A stretch of DNA of 64,000 nt from an uncultured Bacilli bacterium. Its GTDB lineage: Bacteria > Bacillota_I > Bacilli_A > RF39 > UBA660. Location of the stretch: positions 37,684-101,683 of the forward strand of contig CAJTZW010000005.1 of NCBI GenBank assembly GCA_910584305.1, in the 5' to 3' direction. Made by a program: the position numbers and the translations under genes. The notes below the pieces were generated by a model. That model saw nothing but the letters and a program-made list of their open reading frames with translations. It was not told the origin of the DNA and did not search any database. Positions 60,719 to 64,000 of this stretch are shown here, in pieces (positions within the stretch are counted from its first letter, which is position 1; each line of letters opens with the position of its first letter).

Positions 60719-60794
60719 TGGCTGCCTCGGCTAGACTCGAACTAGCGAAATGCCACAGTCAAAGTGTGGTGCCTTACCGCTTGGCTACGAGGCA
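60719..60794 (-). tRNA. tRNA-Gln (UUG)
   Basis: Anticodon loop ctTTGac. Acceptor tgcctcg/cgaggca. CCA encoded. Confidence 0.85.
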
Positions 60795-60809
60795 ATCTAA
60801 CACGTTAAA

Positions 60810-60893
60810 TGGTGGAGGGAGATGGATTTGAACCATCGAACCCGAAGGAACAGATTTACAGTCTGCCGCGTTTGACCACTTCGCTACCCCTCC
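60810..60893 (-). tRNA. tRNA-Tyr (GUA)
   Basis: 84 nt with a long variable arm. Anticodon loop ctGTAaa. CCA encoded. Confidence 0.9.
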
Positions 60894-60901
60894 ATATAAA
60901 A

Positions 60902-60977
60902 TGGTGCCGAAAGCAGGAATCGAACCCGCAACCTACTGATTACAAGTCAGTTGCGCTACCAGTTGCGCCATTTCGGC
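60902..60977 (-). tRNA. tRNA-Thr (UGU)
   Basis: Anticodon loop ctTGTaa. Acceptor gccgaaa/tttcggc. CCA encoded. Confidence 0.9.
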
Positions 60978-60985
60978 AAAAATAA

Positions 60986-61062
60986 TGGTGGGCGATATAG
61001 GACTCGAACCTATGACCCCCTGCTTGTAAGGCAGGTGCTCTAACCAACTGAGCTAATCGCCC
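60986..61062 (-). tRNA. tRNA-Val (UAC)
   Basis: Anticodon loop ctTACaa. Acceptor gggcgat/atcgccc. CCA encoded. Confidence 0.9.
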
Positions 61063-61089
61063 AAACTACTGGACAGGTTTAATTTTAAC

Positions 61090-61098
61090 ATTATACCA
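61090..61098 (-). promoter_or_regulatory. possible extended -10 promoter (TGGTATAAT) for the tRNA cluster
   Basis: Minus strand reads ttgacaaataaaTGgTATAATgtt about 28 nt upstream of tRNA-Val. There is no well-spaced -35 box, since the TTGACA is only 9 nt away. Confidence 0.3.
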
Positions 61099-61099
61099 T

Positions 61100-61477
61100 T
61101 TATTTGTCAATAGAATTTATATGTTTTTTATTATTTTTTATATTTTCTGCAATCCATCTTGGAAGATTACGTTCTAATGTTTTAAAACCCATACTGGTTT
61201 CAATTATTTTTCTTTTTTTAGGCTTTGAACCATATCTATATGAGATATTTTTAATACTTAACTTTGCCTGATAGGATTGTTCATCTATATTTAAGATTTC
61301 TACATAAATTGTATCACCAATCTTGACATAATCATTAATATTTCTAACATACCCCTTTGATATTTCAGATATATGTATCAATCCGCTATAATATTCGTCT
61401 AATTTGACAAAAATCCCATATTTCTCAATTCCGCTTACGACGCCTCTTACAATACTTCCAATTGTGTATTTCTCCAT
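61100..61477 (-). CDS. S1 RNA-binding domain protein (general stress protein 13/YugI-like)
   Basis: 125 aa. GSIVRGVVSGIEKYGIFVKLDEYYSGLIHISEIS...VKIGDTIYVEILNID is an S1 OB-fold pattern. Confidence 0.8.
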   Translation of the reverse strand: MEKYTIGSIVRGVVSGIEKYGIFVKLDEYYSGLIHISEISKGYVRNINDYVKIGDTIYVEILNIDEQSYQAKLSIKNISYRYGSKPKKRKIIETSMGFKTLERNLPRWIAENIKNNKKHINSIDK

Positions 61478-61575
61478 ATTGTTTACACCTCTTTTTAAAT
61501 TATATCATAGATATAATAAAATAAAAAGAGTTTACTATGTGCCAAAAATATTATATAATGTCATCGGTGATACAT

Positions 61576-61821
61576 ATGAAGCAAGAAATTGAGCAAAAAA
61601 TTATTACTATAATTGATGAACTTCGACCCTTTATTATTAATGATGGCGGAAATATTGAATTCGTCAAATATGAAAACAATATCGTCTACATTCAAATGTT
61701 GGGAGCATGCGCTGATTGCGCTATGTTAGATTTAACTTTAAAAGAGGGGATTGAAATGGCTATCAAAGATGAAATTCCAGAAGTAAAAGAAGTAATTAAT
61801 CTATCTAGTATGAGTGAATAA
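61576..61821 (+). CDS. NifU-like Fe-S cluster scaffold/carrier domain protein (Nfu/YutI-type)
   Basis: ATG at 61576 behind a GGTGA RBS. ...LRPFIINDGGNIEFV...VYIQMLGACADCAMLDLTLKEGIE carries the CxxC motif. Confidence 0.8.
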   Translation: MKQEIEQKIITIIDELRPFIINDGGNIEFVKYENNIVYIQMLGACADCAMLDLTLKEGIEMAIKDEIPEVKEVINLSSMSE

Positions 61822-61824
61822 ATC

Positions 61825-62724
61825 TCATACTTTTTTTAACCATTCTATATCAGGCATATTCATATAACCCGATAAATGAATATACAATTTTTTTAATAAA
61901 TGTTCATATGCTTCTGTTTTTTCAATTACGTCGTCAATTTTTTCCTCTTCTATTTGTTCTTCTATGATTTTCTCATATAAATCAAAATAAAACGAAGGAT
62001 AGAACATTCGAACAAAGAATATAAAACAATCATATGTAGATAAATGTTGATACTCAAAATACTCTATGATTTCTCCAAAGATGTCCTCTTTTATTAAAAA
62101 TAAGTCTTTAAAATATTCTGCAATATCTCTTACCTTATAATCAATTACTAAATTTAGCGGGTTATATAAATCATACATGGTGCTACCAACCTTTATCCTT
62201 TTATGTGATACTGCTCGATTACTATTATCAAGCGATGAATTTACATATAGAGAAATTCCTGTTTCTGCAAGTCCAACATAATAACTGAAACTTTCTCGGA
62301 TTTTCGGAAATTTTTTCCCAAATTGATTCACTTGATATTCAAAATAGTCAATTTTATTTTCCCATAATAAAGCCCAATTTTGACGATTTAATTGTTCAAA
62401 GTCTATGTTAAAGGTTGCATTGTTGAACTGAATAATATCTTGTATTCTTACTTTTTCTTCCATTTCACTATATAAACGAAATAAAACATAGTTTATATTA
62501 TTAATAGTTGTATATATGCTATTAGATATATTAGGTATTATTTGATGTGTATAAATTCCTTTTTGAAACAATTCTTTACTTAATTCATATACTTGTTTAA
62601 TTTCTGTAATATCGCATGGTGACAATACATAATAAATTCCTCCTACGGTAAACTTATATATTCCTTTTATTTGGTGAATATCATATGAATATAAATTATA
62701 ATAATATGCAATCGCATTTTTCAT
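61825..62724 (-). CDS. CotS/YutH-like kinase-fold spore coat protein (tentative)
   Basis: 299 aa. The N-terminal pattern Y.L....I....K....V.....YVL resembles the CotS family. The call is weak. Confidence 0.35.
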   Translation of the reverse strand: MKNAIAYYYNLYSYDIHQIKGIYKFTVGGIYYVLSPCDITEIKQVYELSKELFQKGIYTHQIIPNISNSIYTTINNINYVLFRLYSEMEEKVRIQDIIQFNNATFNIDFEQLNRQNWALLWENKIDYFEYQVNQFGKKFPKIRESFSYYVGLAETGISLYVNSSLDNSNRAVSHKRIKVGSTMYDLYNPLNLVIDYKVRDIAEYFKDLFLIKEDIFGEIIEYFEYQHLSTYDCFIFFVRMFYPSFYFDLYEKIIEEQIEEEKIDDVIEKTEAYEHLLKKLYIHLSGYMNMPDIEWLKKV

Positions 62725-62887
62725 AGATTCACCTCAGTAAATTCTATGTTAAAGATTGTTCATTCATGCAAAAATGGCGTGTTTTCATAAGTACAACTTG
62801 GCTTCTGAATCGGAGTGTATAAAATAACAGTGTCTATCCCTTTTATGATAATAGGCAATATATAATCTTATTTTATAAAATAAATAT

Positions 62888-63904
62888 TTATTTCTTTGCA
62901 TCATCAAAGTAATCAATTTTCATATTCTTTCGAACTCTAGCCATCACTTCTGATGCTTTTTCTTGTGCCTTTTTTGTTCCTTCCATTAGAATCTTGTCCA
63001 CTTCTTCCAGATGGCTTTCATAATATTTTCTTTTCTCATGAATGGGCTTTAAAAATTCTATAATTCTTTCCGCTAATTCCTTTTTACATTGTACACAGCC
63101 TCTATGACCATTTTTACACTCTTTGCAAACCGTTTCTATATTTTCTTCATTAAATAATTTGTGATAATAATATACCATGCAAATGTCTGGATTTGCTGGA
63201 TCATCTTTTTTTACTTTAGAAGGGTCTGTAACAGCCGCCATAACTTTTTTTGTTATGGTTTCTTCATCATCTTTTAAATAAATCGCATTCCCTAAACTTT
63301 TTCCCATCTTTTCATTTCCATCAAGCCCTTTAATTCTAGGCATCTTGCTTAATACAGCCTCTGGTTCTTTCAATGTTTCACCATATATATGATTGAACTT
63401 TCTTGCAATTTCTCTAGCCTGTTCTAAATGTGGAAGTTGATCATCTCCTACTGGGCAGATTTCACAATCAAAGGCAGTTAAATCTGCGGCTTGACTTACT
63501 GGATAACCCAGGAAACCATATGTAATACTTTCTCCACTTTCACCAAATAACTTTTTCTTTTGTGCTACTTCTGCTTTGGTTGTTGGGTTTCGATATAGTC
63601 GTGATACTGAAACTAAATTCGAGTATAGGACTGTAAGCTCTGCAATCTGGGGAATCATGGACTGTATAAAGATACATGAATGCGAAGGATCGATTCCTAC
63701 CGATAAATAATCAATTGCCAGTTCACGGACATTATCTCTTACCTTTTGCGGATTTTCAAAGTTGTCAGTCAAGGCTTGTACATCAGCAATAATAATATAT
63801 GTATTATAATCATATTGCATTTCAACACGTTTTTTTAAAGACCCAAAGAAGTGTCCTATATGTAAAGAACCTGTTGGGCGATCTCCTGTTAATATATTTT
63901 TCAC
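62888..63904 (-). CDS. trpS: tryptophan--tRNA ligase
   Basis: GTG start behind an AAAGGAGG RBS. HIGH = GSLHIGHF. KMSKS = KMGKSLGN. GDDQ.PH motif. C-terminal Cys cluster. Confidence 0.95.
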   Translation of the reverse strand: MKNILTGDRPTGSLHIGHFFGSLKKRVEMQYDYNTYIIIADVQALTDNFENPQKVRDNVRELAIDYLSVGIDPSHSCIFIQSMIPQIAELTVLYSNLVSVSRLYRNPTTKAEVAQKKKLFGESGESITYGFLGYPVSQAADLTAFDCEICPVGDDQLPHLEQAREIARKFNHIYGETLKEPEAVLSKMPRIKGLDGNEKMGKSLGNAIYLKDDEETITKKVMAAVTDPSKVKKDDPANPDICMVYYYHKLFNEENIETVCKECKNGHRGCVQCKKELAERIIEFLKPIHEKRKYYESHLEEVDKILMEGTKKAQEKASEVMARVRKNMKIDYFDDAKK

Positions 63905-64000
63905 AATATCCTCCTTTCCCTATAGATAAAAAACTACCTTTCAATTCCTGATTCTTTATTTTGCAACCCCATTTTTTTCTTCTCGCTCATCATATATTCA

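Noticed and set aside
63905-64000. Expected T-box leader upstream of trpS
   Set aside because: Only ~96 nt of the leader are inside the window. I could find neither the conserved T-box sequence nor a clear terminator/antiterminator pair in it.

Overview
Visibly AT-rich chromosome segment from a low-GC, spore-forming Firmicute. The gene content looks Erysipelotrichia/Clostridia-like, but the taxon cannot be fixed from sequence alone.

Conserved housekeeping and sporulation blocks:
- a gerA-type germinant receptor operon in A-C-B order
- dacB-spmA-spmB
- uppP and pflB-pflA
- pcrA ... ligA
- a 12-tRNA cluster
- NifU-like and S1-domain genes, and trpS

These blocks are interrupted by accessory islets:
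1. 1-7205: a run of six secreted or membrane proteins. It starts with a CpaB/SAF-like gene cut by the window edge and includes a 997-aa extremely Cys-rich protein and an NPSTG-anchored protein.
2. Decayed KilA-N/DinD and RhuM genes.
3. Three toxin-antitoxin style modules: DinJ-YafQ, VbhA-Fic, and a Panacea (DUF4065/SocA-like) antitoxin gene translationally coupled to two unrecognisable genes. The last is my best candidate for an undescribed system. It lies in an islet flanked by a GyrI-like pseudogene and a tRNA-Arg(CCU)-like remnant.
4. Two cell-envelope glycan loci (33.0-38.2 kb and 40.6-53.5 kb). They contain GtrA/GtrB-like genes, an RgpF-HAD fusion, a GT2-GT1 fusion, an acyltransferase-3 plus SGNH pair and an ABC-2 exporter.
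5. A BclA-like collagen-repeat (GPTGAT)n protein.
6. 55.3-59.9 kb: a decayed integrated mobilizable element. It has an oriT-like motif, a MobV relaxase, cargo genes and a truncated tyrosine integrase, and it abuts tRNA-Pro.

No rRNA genes and no CRISPR arrays were seen. All functional calls come from reading the translated sequences and recalling family motifs; no database search was run.
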